NCBI RefSeq assembly: GCF_902713615.1
Contig: NC_052149.1
Span: 233,156,069-233,220,068 of the forward strand
DNA from: Scyliorhinus canicula
Lineage: Eukaryota
Length of the DNA: 64,000 bases
Direction: 5' to 3'
Shown: piece by piece, positions 1 through 12,986 of the stretch
How the letters are laid out: every line of letters begins with the position of its first letter
Numbering within the stretch: the stretch's first letter is position 1
Translations under genes and position numbers: made by a program
Notes under the pieces: model-generated
Database searches by the model: none
Told to the model about the DNA's origin: nothing
Seen by the model: the letters and a program-made list of their open reading frames with translations, nothing else

Positions 1-300
1 GTTAGGGCCGGGGAACTGGAAGTTGTTGATATGATGTAGGGCATCGAAGGAATCGCGGATTGAGGTGGGAAGGCACTGGACAAAAGAGTATCGTGTCACG
101 GTGGGAAGAAATGAGTTCAGTGGAGCAGGGACAGGCTGATGCGATGGGACTACCAGGACAGCCATGTTTGGGGAGGAGGTGGAAGCAGACTGTCTGGGGT
201 TTGGAGGATTGAGGTTGGAAGCTGTGGAGGGAAGATCTCCACAGGAGATGAGGTCAGTAACAGTCCTGGAAACAATGGCTTGATGCTCGGTGGTGGTGTC
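1..300 (-). mobile_element. Degenerate Penelope-like element (PLE) reverse transcriptase fragment
   Basis: Minus-strand translation gives HQAIVSRTVTDLISCGDLPSTASNL... followed by a decayed 'CPG.PI.SAC.C.TELISS' block. This resembles the N-terminal part of PLE RT (…PGRPIVS… motif). Frameshifted. Confidence 0.6.
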
Positions 301-1529
301 AAGTCTACAGGTGAATAGCGATAGTGGTCCTGGGCCGCCTTGTGGGCACTGCTGGGCCATAAGAACGAACAGATTGCTCTGAGAGCCTGGTGGATTTCTC
401 ATCACGTTATCAGAATGATGTTGAAGTGAGTACATTGTTATTCTGGACTGCATATGGGCTTTATTTATTTTCATTCTTTGGCAGGGTATCTGACAGGTGC
501 AGAAAACTGTCATTGTGCCCAACTGCCTCCTCCGTCAAACTGCTGGGAGATGCACAATAGGTAGATTATGCTTGGCTTGTATGAAGTGCTTAGTGCCCCG
601 CCCCCCCCAGGGATACTTGCATCCCACTAACCTGAACCTGGCAAAGATAGGTGCCAGTGGCAAGAGCTGAGTCTCAGGCACTCCAATGTGTGCATTAATG
701 CTGCTTCAATTTATCAGGCTGAAGGCTTGCGGTGTTTCAGCCCGGGTAAGCTGCTTATCCATTTTTACAATGAAAGTGCAGGCCAGAAACAGGCCACTCG
801 GCCCATTTAGTTCGTGCCAGTGTTTGTGCTCCACGTGAGCCGCCTCCCACCTTATTCATCCCACCCCAATCAGCTTAACCATCTTGTTCCTTTTTCCCTC
901 ATGTGCTTCCCCATAATACGTCTACGCAATTTACATTGTTACTCCTTGTGATAGACATTCCTGCTGCATTCCGTATTGATCTATTTGTGACTTTCTTGTA
1001 TATTCGTGACTTTTTTTTTGTGAAGTGAAAACATCTCTATGTCTACCGTGTCAAATCCTTTCTTAATTTGTCACCAGTTCCGATATCCCTTAAACAGTTC
1101 AGTGTTCAAACATCGTTTGATCGTTCCTGTGAAACAAATTGGGATTTTTGCCTACATTAACGACGCTATGTAAATGCAGGCTGCTTTTGGTGTACAGGCC
1201 ACCCAGAAAGACGGGAGGCAAACTGTGCCCCTCTGTGCTGCGAGGACAGGGTGTTTACAGGGCAAGGAATCCAGAGGCCTGGACTAATGATCTGGAGATA
1301 TGAGTTCAAATCTCACCATAGCTGCCCAATTTAAATTCAACAAGAATCGGTAATGATAACCCTGATTCTACTGGATCGTCATTAAAAACCGATCGGGTTC
1401 ACTCACGTTCCTTAGGGAAGGAAGTCTGCCGCCCTTACCTGGTCTGGTTGTCATCTTCAGCCGAAAGGTGCTGAACGGATGATCCGTCTCTGCCTCCTGA
1501 GGTGCCCAACGTCAACGGTGCCAGTCTTC

Positions 1530-2590
1530 AGATAATTCAATTCACCCCATGTGATATCGAAATCGAACACTCCAGATGCAACAAAAGCTATGGATCTCGA
1601 TAACCTCCTGGCTGTAGTGTTAAAGAGAAGTGCTCGAGAACTAGCCAGGACCCTGGCCAAGCTGTTCCAATACAACTACAGCACTGGGAATCTACCTGAA
1701 CATGTGGAAAATTTCCCTCACAAAACAGGACGAATCCAATCAGGCCCATTACCGCCCCATCAGTCTACTCTCCGTCAGCAAGTGATAGGAGATATAACTG
1801 ACAGTTCTATCAAGCGGCATTAACTCAACAATAATCTGCTTATCGATGCTCAGTTTAGGTTCTGCCTGGGACACTTGTCTCCTGACCTCATTATGACCTT
1901 GGTCCAAACATGGACGAAGAGCTGATTTCCACAGGTGAGGTGAGAGCTATGATTAACTCTAATTTTTATTCAACAAATTTTATCGCAACAAAGAAAAACA
2001 GTAACCTCTCTTTCCCCCCCCCCCCCCCCAATACAAAAGCAATAAATTAACAACAAGAAAAATAAGCGTAAAAGCTATGATTAACTCAAAGAGTTAAAGT
2101 GACTGGAGGTTATCATTGACCAGAAATTATAACCAGCCGCATCCAAGAACGGGTCAGAGGTTGGGAATTCTGCAGCCAGTAACTCACCTCTTCACTCCCC
2201 AAAGCCTGTTCCCCATCGACAGGGCACAAGTCAGGAGTGTGATGGAACACTCTCCACTTGCCTGGATGAGTGCAGCTGCAAAACTCAAGAAACCTGACAC
2301 CATCCAGGATAAAGCAGCCCTGCTTCAACTCACCACCCGAAACATTCACTCCTTCCAGCAGCAACGTACAGTGACAGCAGTGTGAACCATCTACAATATG
2401 CACTGCAGCATTCGTCCAGACTTCTTTGACAGCGCCTTCTTTTCAATGTGTTTCTATGATCCACTACCCTTGACAGGTGGTATATGCATACCGATCCCCA
2501 ATGCCTCCCAGGTTCTCCTCCAAATCCACACCAACCTGATTTGAAATTGTATCACCGTTCCTTCACTGTCCCTGTGTCAAAATCCTGGAA
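1530..2590 (+). mobile_element. Decayed CR1/L2-group LINE ORF2 fragments
   Basis: ORF 1551-1823 (KAMDLDNLLAVVLKRSARELARTLAKLFQY) and ORF 2116-2385 (RSVMEHSPLAWMSAA...DTIQDKAA) are typical LINE RT and C-terminal segments. The same family occurs on the minus strand at 18780-20235. Confidence 0.65.
1960..2072 (-). mobile_element. 113-bp insertion, probably an extremely 5'-truncated L1 3' end, with 15-bp TSD
   Basis: Direct repeat agctatgattaactc at 1945-1959 and 2073-2087. The insert starts taatttttatt (antisense AATAAA) and has a poly-C tract like the 3' UTRs of the L1 copies at 29623 and 54479. Confidence 0.6.
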
Positions 2591-2596
2591 CTCCAG

Positions 2597-2815
2597 GGCA
2601 GCACAGTGGGTTAGCCCTGTTACCTCACGGCGCCGAGGTCCCAGGTTCGATCCAGGCTCTGGGTCACTGTGCGTGTGGAGTTTGCACATTCTCCCCGTGT
2701 TTGCGTGTGTTTCACCCCCACAACCCAAAGATGTGCAGGGTAGGTAGATTGGCCACGCTAAATTGCCCCTTCATTGGAAAAAATGAATTGGGTACTCTTT
2801 TTAAAAAAAAAAAAA
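2597..2815 (+). mobile_element. tRNA-derived SINE (HE1/V-SINE-like)
   Basis: gggcagcac..ggttagc A box, ggttcgatcc B box, ggtcactgt..gtgtggagtttgcacattctcccc core, A-rich tail. More than 10 related copies in the window. Confidence 0.8.
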
Positions 2816-3182
2816 AATAATGTTTTAATCCTGGAGCTCCAAATCCTAACAGCACTGCGGGTGTACCTACCATTTACCAGACTAAAGGTTCAAGAAGGCA
2901 TTTCACCGACATTTCCCAAGGGCAGTTGGGGAGGAAATTAAATGCTGGCCTTTCCAGTAACGTGCACATCCCAAAAAGTTTTTTTTTAAGTTGCAAAAGA
3001 ATATGATAGAATGGTGCTGAAATCATCCTCTCGAATTGCAGACTTATCCCAGGTCGGATCCTTTGTCCTTTTACCAGGTGCCATATGGTACAGAGCTTTA
3101 GCTTGTGAATTAAGTACTGCAATCTGCCCAGTTTTTATTCTGCTCGTTTAATGCTTGATTTGCAAATCTCCAATTCTGACAG

Positions 3183-3302
3183 GCCTGTGTATTGTTTGCA
3201 AATCAAGGTGGGATTGCGGCTCTTGAGGTGATTCAGTACAACAGCAATGAGGAGATCCGTGTCCGAGCCAACTTTTTAATGGACAGATACTTTGCAGACA
3301 AG
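3183..3302 (+). CDS. TMCO6: Late coding exon of an importin-alpha-like ARM protein, most likely TMCO6
   Basis: ctgacag|GCC...AAG|gtaagg, 120 bp, phase 0/0. Encodes ACVLFANQGGIAALEVIQYNSNEEIRVRANFLMDRYFADK, an importin-alpha-like C-terminal ARM segment. Position and orientation match the vertebrate TMCO6-NDUFA2-IK order. Confidence 0.65.
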
Positions 3303-3741
3303 GTAAGGATCCAGGGCTGGCATAGCAACTGGAAGCTAATTATCCATCGAGACCATTCCACCATTCAGAGAGAGCATGGCTAATCTGCAACCTAGTTCCA
3401 TATACCTGCCTTTGTTCCATATCCGTTAGTACCATCTGTTAACAAAAATGTTCCAAACTTCTACTATTCTTTGCATATAAAAGTGTTTCCTAACTTGACT
3501 CCTACAGGATCCGCCTCTGACGTTTATACCATGTCTCCTAGTCCCTGACTCCCCAACCAGAGGGTGTCATTTTTTCTCGATCTATTCCTTAATATTTTGA
3601 AACATTTGATCAAATCAGCCGGTAATCATCAGAGGAAGGGAAGAACAATATCTACGCTGAGTGTTTGTAATGGTTAGCTCATGCAAGGTCATGTAAATGT
3701 TTGAAATAGGGGCGCATCTCTAAACCTGGTGAACCTAATCC

Positions 3742-4038
3742 AAAGCAAAATACTGTCGGTGCTGGAAATCTGAAATAGAAACTGGAAATGCTGAGCAGGT
3801 TTCATACAACCTTTCTCAAGAGTGGGAGGTCATTGACCCGGAACACAGGCTTATTCTCATTCGCTCTCTACGCGTGCTCTCTCCGCGCGCGCTCCCTCTC
3901 CGCGCACGCTCCCTCTCCGCGCGCCCTCCCTCTCCGCGCGCCCTCCCTCTCCACGCGCCCTCCCTCTCCATACGCCCACTACAAATGCTGCCTGACCAGC
4001 TGAGTGTTTCCAGCATTTTCTCTTTATTTATTCCAGCA
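3742..4038. mobile_element. Decayed PLE-derived palindromic short element containing a 17-bp CpG-rich minisatellite
   Basis: aaagcaaaatactg..gctggaaatctgaaat at the left and gctgagtgtttccagcattttc at the right form inverted arms. About 6 copies of tctccgcgcgccctccc at ~3880-3970. Confidence 0.55.
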
Positions 4039-4089
4039 AACTTGGGGTTCATGAGGAGATATTGCTGGAAAGCTAAAATTATTATAGGT

Positions 4090-4390
4090 CCATCGGCTGT
4101 GGCTCAGTGGGAACACTGTTGCCTCTGCGTCAGAAGATTGTGGGTTCAGGTCCTCATTCCACAGACTGCAGCACATAACCCAGGCTGCCAGTTCCAGTGC
4201 CTTACTGAAGCTAGTGCTGCACTGTCTTTCATACAAGACGTTAAACTGAGGCCCTGTCTGCCCCCTTGGGTCATGTAGAAGATCACACGGCACCATTGTG
4301 AAGAGCAGGGACGTCCTCTGTGTTCTGTCCATCCTTCATCCAACAACACAGGGAAGAAATGACCTGGTCATTACCACCTTGCTGTTTGAG
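4090..4390 (+). mobile_element. DeuSINE-like (SacSINE1/AmnSINE1-type) SINE
   Basis: tRNA-like head (gtggctcagtggg..gggttcagg) followed by a Deu-domain-like actga..gtgctgcactgtc..ttaaactgaggccc sequence. Confidence 0.6.
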
Positions 4391-5146
4391 CCAGCTTCAA
4401 CTCGTCAAACAGGTTCTTGTCTTCAGCGGCTATATTTTCTGACTGCAGTTACTGAACAGCGGGAGAATACCTCAGTTGTGTAAAACAAAAATATAGAATC
4501 TCAAGATGGGCTTGCTGTGCACAAATTGAATGCCGCATTTTCTTTGTGACTACAAAATGAAAAGAACATCATTGGATGTAGAGTTCCTTGAATCACCCCA
4601 GGATTTCAAAAATTGCTAAGTTTTTCTTTTACACAACTCCGCTGTTTCCTGTTCAGTGTTTAATCTGCAGCTTGAACACAGGAATGTGTTTGAAGAGTTG
4701 CAATCCATTGTGAGGGACTTCCAGCAAAGTGTCATGCCGATTTGCTAAAGAAACTGCTGCGATTCTGGGGGGAGCAGGGGGTGATTTGCTGGCAGCGATG
4801 GCTGACAGATGGGGATGAAAGATTTCTCACTCTCTGGCAGCTGCTTGAGAAACCTTTCATCCCAACTGCTTGGGGCTGCATGTTGCTGGCGTCGTGACCC
4901 CTGCTGCCATTCTACAGAAATGTTTCTGGGCACCCTCCATTCACTTCTCCGGGGACAGCACCACTAAAGCAGAGTCCTAAATGTGAGGTTAAGAGGTGTT
5001 TATCGAATGCCAGCGATTAAAAACCTTTCTGCTGTATCCATGGAAACCAGTTATCCGGCGAGAAACTTATTGATACCACATAAACTTCAGTCATCAAGTA
5101 TTCCGTTCAGTTGCCTTTCGACTAATTATTTCCTTTCTCTCTCCAG

Positions 5147-5155
5147 GCTGTTTGA
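5147..5155 (+). CDS. TMCO6: Probable terminal coding exon of TMCO6 (Ala-Val-stop)
   Basis: Strong acceptor: branch-like gactaat, then tttcctttctctctccag. Followed by GCT GTT TGA, in phase with the 3183-3302 exon. No homology support is possible for 2 codons. Confidence 0.4.
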   Translation, partial: AV

Positions 5156-5869
5156 CATCATCCCAAGCCGTTGGCATTGGCCAGAATAGTAATGAAGCTT
5201 GTTTGCTGGTGGAATATGGACAGTGAGAGCACTTTTCATGTCACATCCTCTTGAAGTTAATCTTCTTTACCCCCTCACCCCCATTCAATGAAGGCATTGC
5301 AAACGTGCTGGGGTCTAGTTTGATGAGCAGCCTTCAGCACATTGCCAAGTTGCCGTTACTCCCTGGACCTTCGACAGCGGTTGTTTGGTTATGGGAGAGC
5401 TTTCCAGGCTGGACTGGCCTTTACCGAATATCTTCGACATGGCTGATTTACCCCCCTCCATCTCGGGCGCCAATTGTAGTCACGTTTACCATCAACTGGA
5501 GATTGACTGAGCTTCGGACAGGAGTCAAACCCAGGACCTTCCTGTATTGTAAAGAGCAGCTTGACTGACCACGCCAGCAGTGAAATCTTCACCGACTATA
5601 AAGCTGAATTTTCCAGCAGGCCCTTAAACCCTTCTGCTCCACATAATACTACAGCAGAGCAGGTCGCACAGGTACTGAGTATCAGCCTAATCCCAGTGCT
5701 AGTTAAAGCCCAAGGGTTTTGATGTCCTGTTACACATTGCAGAAATTATTTCAATCCTCTTGGTGAATTGGCTTCTTCCAAACTCCGTCCCTCTCCCTGG
5801 CAGCAGTCCGACACAAAACCAAACTTTTCCCAAACCTGATGTCATATTTCATCCCTGAGATGATCTTCT

Positions 5870-6500
5870 GACCACATTTGTGATCACAAAGGTAGCCCAT
5901 CTTGACCTCCGTAACATTGCCTGACTTCACCCCTGCCTGAACTTATCTGCTGCTGAAACCCTTATTCGTGTCTTTGTAACCTTTCGACTTGACTGTTTTA
6001 ATGGCTGCTCTCACATTCTACCCTCCCTAAACTTGAGGTCATCCAAAACTCCACTGCCAAACCTTGACTCGCACCGAACCTCATTCCCCTCTCTCGTCCT
6101 GTGCTCGCTGATCTGCGCTGGCTCCCAATAAAGCTAGACCTTGATTGTAAAATTCTCATCTTTGTTTTCAAATCCCTCCATGCCCTCACCTCTCCCTGTC
6201 GCTATAATTGCTTCCAGTCCCACAAGCCTTCAATACCTACCCTAAATTCTGGCCTTTTGAACACACCGAATTTTTAACGCTCCACCATTGGAGGCCGTGT
6301 CTTCAGTTACCTGGATCCTACACTCTAAATTCCCACATACACCTCTCCTATCTAACCTGCCTCCTTTCAGATATACCTTAAAACCTACCTCTTTGACAAA
6401 GCATTCAATCATCTGACTGAAATATGTCTTTAGACTTGGTGTCTTTCTTTATTTAGTAATGCTTCTGTGAAGCACCTTGGAATGTTTTATCATGTTAAAA
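5870..6500 (+). mobile_element. L2-type LINE 3' fragment
   Basis: cgtaacattgcc..ctgctgctgaaacccttattc..gacttgact..catccaaaactc..ctggctccc..ttaaaattctcatc, typical of the L2 ORF2 3' end. Likely lies in the TMCO6 3' UTR or flank. Confidence 0.65.
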
Positions 6501-7166
6501 GCGTGATGCAAGTTGTTTTAATGATTGTTTACAAATGAAATACACTTTTGTATGATTTTTCCATTAAAGTAAGTACGATATTAAAGCAATGAATACTAAT
6601 CTTAATTATATCCAATCAATTCGCTGAGAGAGCAGCTTCATTTGAAAGCAGCAATGTCTGATTCGGCTCACAGGCAGGAATTCGAATTGTGGAACTTGGG
6701 GATCCCTTGTCGCGATGTGGTTTTCTGGGTAGCTATCCTGCTCATCCTAGAGGCCCAGTAGACTCTTCGCTGTGCGTGCAAGTCCCAAATCGGCTGATAG
6801 AGCCGTAATGCAGTCCACACTATTCGAGTGACCAGGTGAGGGAGATGAAGTAAGGCATGATGTTGGACGCAATATGTGTGGAAATCATGAGTTACCTCAT
6901 TTACTATCCTGAATGTGGGTCACCTAGCCTCCGTGTACAGTAACACTTGCAAAAAATAACTCTCTAATTCAGCAAAATTCGGAACTACAATTAAATGCAT
7001 TACTCACTTTACAGTCACAAGCTGACACTTTAGCTCTGCACCTGGGGGATGTCCTCCTCTCGCATCGCAGCGCACAAATATGCCACCTTTCAAAAACTCT
7101 CATCCTTTTTTATCAAATCTTCTGACGTCCCCTTCTCTGATCTCCCCTTGCCGTACAACTCTCCAA

Positions 7167-7343
7167 GGGGCTGGTTTAGCACAATGGGCGAAATTTCTGG
7201 CTTGTAATGCAGAACAGGGCCAGCAGCGCAGGTTCAATGCCCGTACCGGCCTCCCCGAACAGGTGCCGGAATGTGGTGACTAGGGGCTTTTCACAGTAAC
7301 TTCATTGAAGCCTACTTGTGACAATAAGCGATTATTATTATTA
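7167..7343 (+). mobile_element. tRNA-derived SINE with (tta)n tail (second family)
   Basis: ggggctggtttagcac..ggttcaat..gaatgtggtgactaggggcttttcacagtaacttcattgaagcctacttgtgacaataag. Related copies at ~25594-25780 (-), ~51973-52170 (+) and ~54250-54418 (-). Confidence 0.75.
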
Positions 7344-7689
7344 GATCTCTGTCTTCTCATGTATCCCTGATTTTAATCGCCCTGTCGTTGATGGCCATGT
7401 CTTCCGTTTCCTCGGCCATAACTGCTGGGATTCTCTCCATGTCCCCTCATTTAAATTGCTCCTTAAAACCTACCTCGGTCACAGTCATCTATTCTCAATG
7501 CTTCCTTGGATGGCCTGGTTTCAAATTTTGTTTGATAACGAACACTTTAAAGCACTCAGGATATTTTATGTTAAGGATGCTATATAAATACAAGATAATT
7601 AAGGAGTATAGAGTGAGGCACTGCGTACAGTAAATGGGACCTCCTGTGCAAGAATGAGCCTGATACAGTTTAAGGGTGCACATGACGCG

Positions 7690-8265
7690 GGCAAGAATGA
7701 GTGGGTTCTTTCAGGGGGTAGCAGATGAGTGTGAGAGGTGTGGGCGGGGGCCAGCGAATCACATGCACATGTTTTGGGGTTGCATAAAATTGGGAAGATT
7801 CTGGACCGGAGTGTTCGAATTCTAACCCAGGATAGTGGAGGAGGAGGCAGACTCGGACCCTTTGGTGGCGATATTTGGGGTTTCAGAGAAGCCGGAGCTC
7901 ATGGAGAGAAGGAAGGCCGATGTCTTGGCCTTCGCCTCTTGAGTACATGGCAGTGAATTTTACTTGACTGGCGGTCGGCATCGCCACCGGGGGTAGCGAC
8001 TTGGTTGGGTGACCTGTACAACTTCCTGCGGTTGGAGAAGATAAAGTATGAGTTAAGGGGCTCTGCAGGGGGAGTTTGCGAGAAGGTGGGGGATGTTTGT
8101 GACCGTGTTTGAGGAGCTGTTCGTCGCAGGAGGGTTGGGGATGGGGCGTTGGTGAAAAGTGGGAAATTTGTAGACTGTATAGTTGATTGCTGGGAAGTAT
8201 GTTTCCTGGGGGTGTTTGTGTTGTAACCTGTTTTGATACATGTTTGTAATAAAATACATTTTTAA
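7690..8265 (+). mobile_element. L1-clade 3' fragment
   Basis: Decayed ORF2 C-terminus (..HMF......W..; LEKIKYELRGS), G-rich 3' UTR and aataaa at ~8247. Confidence 0.65.
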
Positions 8266-11200
8266 ATGTATTTAAACTCCGGTTTCCTCCCACAGTCCAA
8301 AGATGTGCGGGTTAGGTGGATTGGCCATGCTAAATTGCCCGTAGTGTCCTAATAGTAAGGTTAAGGGGGGGGGGGGAGGGGTTGTTGGGTTACGGGTATA
8401 GGGTGGATACGTGGGTTTGAGTAGGGTGATCATTGCTCGGCACAACATCGAGGGCCGAAGGGCCTGTTCTGTTCTATGTTCTAAATACAAGATACTGTTG
8501 GCTGACAGTCTGTTTTCTATGCCACTTGTATCCTAATTATACCAAAGCAAAGATTCACATGCACAAAGCTATGAAGGTGTGACGGTCAAGTTGATAAAGC
8601 AGTCTGGAAGCATCCTGACAGCGTTGCGAACATGGAACTCGTGACAGTTGAGTACTTGAGGTGATGAGATGAAGAAGGTGTGGGAGGATAAACGCTGGGC
8701 ACTGGTTGAGACAAATGGCCTGTATGTGTGCTGTTAATTCGGTGTAATATACTCCACCACTTGACACAGTGTTCAGAACGTGAGTTGGCGAAGAGGTCAT
8801 GGAGTCATTTTGAGATGGTGTCGGAGAACACCCTACCAAGAGGAAGGTGGTTGGTGGGGGCGGTTTCCACAGCAAGAAACTTAACGTGGATGTTAGATTG
8901 TTTTCTTGTTAGATTGTTTTCACTTGGCCATGAGAAACCTAGATATTTGGGAAACTTTTGTATTGTTGTAAACTTTAGTGCCTCGAGGATGGAACAGTTC
9001 CCATCTCAGGATCCCAGTGTCAAAGTCCAAGCCCTCCCACATGTTGTGGGGCACAACTCAACGCAGGGTAAAGCTTCTCACTCAAATTTAACATGTTGCA
9101 AATTCAGAAATGGTCCCGGCTACACAATGAGACATAGTCCGTTTCCTGCACAAATGATTCTACGTGCTCCCAGTTAGCCTGAATTTTGACCGAGTACTTT
9201 TTCAGGCTGCTGTTGTTTGACAATGATGTTGGCAACAAACTCTGCATTTATATAGCTGTTAATGCAGGGAAACAAATTGAATAGTTATAATAGTAAAAAC
9301 CAGTGACAAAGATCCCTGATAGTGTGATTTTAGCAGATTGCAATAACATTTTCGTATCCCTTGTTCTGTGTAATAATCATCAAATTAACGAGTGGTGTTT
9401 AGAGACAATGTGGTAGTTTCTTTATTAAATAAGGTAAATGTTTGTAATTATTTTTATTACAGGCACCAAGATGCTCTGATATGGGAAATTTCTTGAATCC
9501 ATCACTTTCTTTTCCCTCTCGGCTAATGTTCAACTCCTGAATCGGGCCTCGTGTCGTCCAAACAATGGCCATCGTTCTGCTTTGGCAAGACGTTATAGTT
9601 AATGTAGTGATTTGCACAGAATAAAATGTCCCAGGGCATTTCGATGTAGCTGTAATGGATACTGAACAAAAGATCGGAGAGAAATAAAGATTGTGCATTT
9701 ACGTAGTAACTGTGACCTCCGGATATCCCAATTCACATACCACCCAACGCATTACTCTCGAAGTGCAGTCACTGTTGTAATTTAGGAAAACATGGTAGCT
9801 AATATGTGCACAGCAAGGTTCTACAATGTTCAGCTAATGCTTTGTGTTGTTTGAAGGGTATTGTCCAGCATCCTGGAGGGAACATCTCTGCTTTGCTTTC
9901 CCTTGGAAACGTTATCATGAGATTACACTCATTAGAGGGCAGATGGTGCCATGATTTAATGTCTTATCTGAAAAGCAGCATTCTTGACCATCCAGCACAG
10001 AGCTGAGGGAGTGCTGCAATGTCAGTCTGGATTAGCTTCAGGTTTCTGGAGCTTGCTCAGGAGCAGAGCAGCTATAAGTGAGGAAAATCAGGGATTCACA
10101 AGAGGCCAAAGTCTGAGGAGTGCCTAGATCTGAAAATTGTAGGGTTGGAGGAGGTTACGAAGGGGTGAAGCTAATTTTCATTATTTGGATTTGTTGCCAG
10201 ATCAGGAATCAATATAAGCAGAGGGATAACAAGCGATCAGGACATGGTGTGTGTTAGGAAACGGGCAGCAGAGTTTTGGAGGAGTTCAAGTTTATTGGGG
10301 GGGGGGGGTGGAACATGGGGTCCTGAGTAGAGGAACCAGATCCTGCTTATGTCAGGCAAGGCCCCGCCATGAATTTACCATAGGATTTAGTGGAGAAAGC
10401 CATTTGGCCCATTGAGTCTGCACCGGCCCTTGGAAAGGGCACCCTACCTAACCCCACCCAACCTTTTTTGGACACTAAGGGCAATTTATCATTACCAATC
10501 CACCTAACCTGCATGTCTTTGGACTGTGGGAGGAAACCCACGCAGACTCTCCACAGACAGTGACCCAAGCCAGGAATCAAACCTGGGACCCTGGAGCTGT
10601 GAAGCAACTGTGCTAACTACTGTGCGGTTTAGAAGCTGATATCTTGAGGGTCGTAAGCTAATGAAGTTTGGAAGAGAAAATCAGCAGCAGAAATTTGAAT
10701 GAAATTACTATCCATGTAAAATGAGACAGGAGATTGATCTTGAGAATAACCAAGCTTTCAAGTGATGGTGTGGTGTATGAGGGTCCTGGATGAGATTCGG
10801 ATTTGCACAATGTATGTTTATAACACTGCAATTCAGCCGTACAGATGGGAATGGGGTGATATTCCTTCGTTTCCACCAAGCAAGATTAGTGGCCTCTGGA
10901 AACCCAAGTAAAGAAGGGGCTTCATCTCGGGATGTCGGGTGGTTGTGTTACAAGGATGGTGCTGAATAGAGATGGCAGCTTTCAAAAGAAGGATTGAGCA
11001 GGGGCAGATTGGCCTCTGGGCCAGTCTTCACTACAATTCTTCCAAGTGGGTTTAGTATTCAGCTTTTTAGAAGATATGAAAGTTAAACTAAGTTTCAAAC
11101 CACTCCAGGCAACTGGGATAAAGATCTCTGAAACCCATTAAAGAAACTAAGTGGAATGAGGTTGAGAAATCCCAATGCAACTCCCAACACAAATTGGCTT

Positions 11201-11473
11201 TAAATCTGACACCAGTAATGGGAAACTGCAGCAATGAAAGCAATCATGGTCTATGCTATCAGGCCAGTGGGGACAGGTTTAATATTTTATCCAGCTTCAC
11301 TCCGCTCATGAACATGATGTTAAAGCCAGTGGCATTTGGAATACAACCACAGAAACTGACGGAGCACACGGGACACAAACGCATTTTAATTTAGATTTAT
11401 TTTACAGTTGCATATCTTTCCACTGGGAAACCAGGCAAGACGGTGGAAGAGAAACATTCTTGTGCCATTATTT

Positions 11474-11479
11474 TTTATT
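11474..11479 (-). terminator. Candidate NDUFA2 polyadenylation signal AATAAA
   Basis: tttatt on the + strand, about 35 nt downstream of the NDUFA2 stop. A second candidate lies at 11396-11401. Confidence 0.5.
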
Positions 11480-11514
11480 AAGCTTTTTCCTTCACAGTCC
11501 AATTGCTCTACAGA

Positions 11515-11603
11515 TCACGGCTTGGTAATCAGAGACTCCAGTGCCTTCGCCACCTGCTCAGGGTTTAAATTATCCAACGGTACATTTCTCTCTCTCCCAA
11601 ACT
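11515..11603 (-). CDS. NDUFA2: NADH:ubiquinone oxidoreductase subunit A2, exon 3
   Basis: ttccag|AG TTT GGG... encodes (E)FGRERNVPLDNLNPEQVAKALESLITKP*. 116+107+89 = 312 nt = 103 aa plus stop. Confidence 0.93.
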
Positions 11604-12879
11604 CTGGAACAGGAGGGAAATAAAGAAAAACAGGCATCATGAGTAGCTCAACGCTATTATCTCATTTACTGCAGAATTCGGATGTTCAGTCAAGCAGTTT
11701 CAGTAAAGTCATGCTCGGAGGATATAGCAATTTACCTGCAAGACATTTTCTCCTCTGTTTATAGTGTGGAGATGGGAGAACAGGGTAACAGAATAAGAAC
11801 TGGGTATTTTTACAGCACCTTTCATGACCTCTGGGTGTCCCAAAACACTTTAGAACCAATGAAGTTGTTTCAAACAGTACTTTCACGTCAAATTTCGGAA
11901 ACCCAGTGGACAATTTGTGTACAAATATCTCACAGCGAGGTACTGATCAGATTCTGTTTTAGTGATGTTGGTTGAGGGACAAATGTTGGCACGAGAGAGA
12001 ACTCCGCAGATCATCTGCAAAATAGTGGCCGAAGGATCTTTATGTTCACCCGAGGGGGGCAGATGGGGCCTCGGTTTAATATCTCATCCATAGGATGTGA
12101 ACTGACGGTGCCGCATTCTGTACTTCTAAATAATAATCTTTATTGTCACAAGTAGGCTTACATTGGCACTGCAATTAAGTTACTGTTAAAAGCCCCTAGT
12201 CGCCACACTCCGACGCCTGTTTGGGTACACAGAGGGAGAATTCAAAATGTCCAATTCATCTAAAAGCACGTCTTTCAGGGCTTGTGGGACGAAACCCACG
12301 CAGACACGGGGAGAACGTGCAGACTCCGCACAGACAGTGACCCAAGCCGGGAATCGAACCTGGGACCCTGGCGCTGTGAAGCAACTGTGCTACCATGATG
12401 CCCAAATACAATTCATAATAAATATCTTCCAGTTCTATAATGTGTTTTCCTCTTTACTTTATCCCCTCCCAACGTGACAGTTCTACCAGGAGTTTCTTGT
12501 AATATTTGGGTTGGACCTTAAATGGTTGCAGGGCCCAGGAGAAGGTAAGTTAGGAATTGGGCAGCGGAGTATAAGGCCATTATTACTGAGGTATGGGCAC
12601 TTTGGGCAAGTTGTGCAGTTATGCAATGCTTGAAGACAGAATGATTAGAAAATAAAGCAACCTTCCTATAACCTCCCAAAAAACTCTCATCCCCCCGCCT
12701 ATCTTATAATTTTTTTCCCCACATCAGCCATCCTGTAATGTGCCCCCCCCCCCCCCAAACCTCCATCTGAGCTGCATTGAAACTCGGCAAGCAAAATAAA
12801 ATAGTCGAAAGCCACAACTCTCCCTTTGACAAATTTACACGGCTATTCATACTGTGATATGTAGTTCGTCCTTCCTTAC

Positions 12880-12986
12880 CATATCGAGCCCAGGCTTTAG
12901 ACTGTACACCGGCACATTCTCTGATTAGAATAGGAAATTCTGGATTTGCCTTCTTCAATGCCACGTAGTGCTGCTCGATGAAATCC
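12880..12986 (-). CDS. NDUFA2: NDUFA2 exon 2
   Basis: aatcag|G GAT TTC...TAT G|gtaag encodes [35 protein letters not shown], the hallmark NDUFA2/B8 sequence. Confidence 0.96.

Noticed and set aside
328-420. Possible additional TMCO6 exon (..LLGHKNEQIALRAWW..)
   Set aside because: No recognisable homology and no convincing splice-site pair in phase with the 3183 exon.
2597-2670. tRNA genes at SINE heads (here and elsewhere)
   Set aside because: A/B boxes continue into SINE bodies and tails, and no complete cloverleaf is present.
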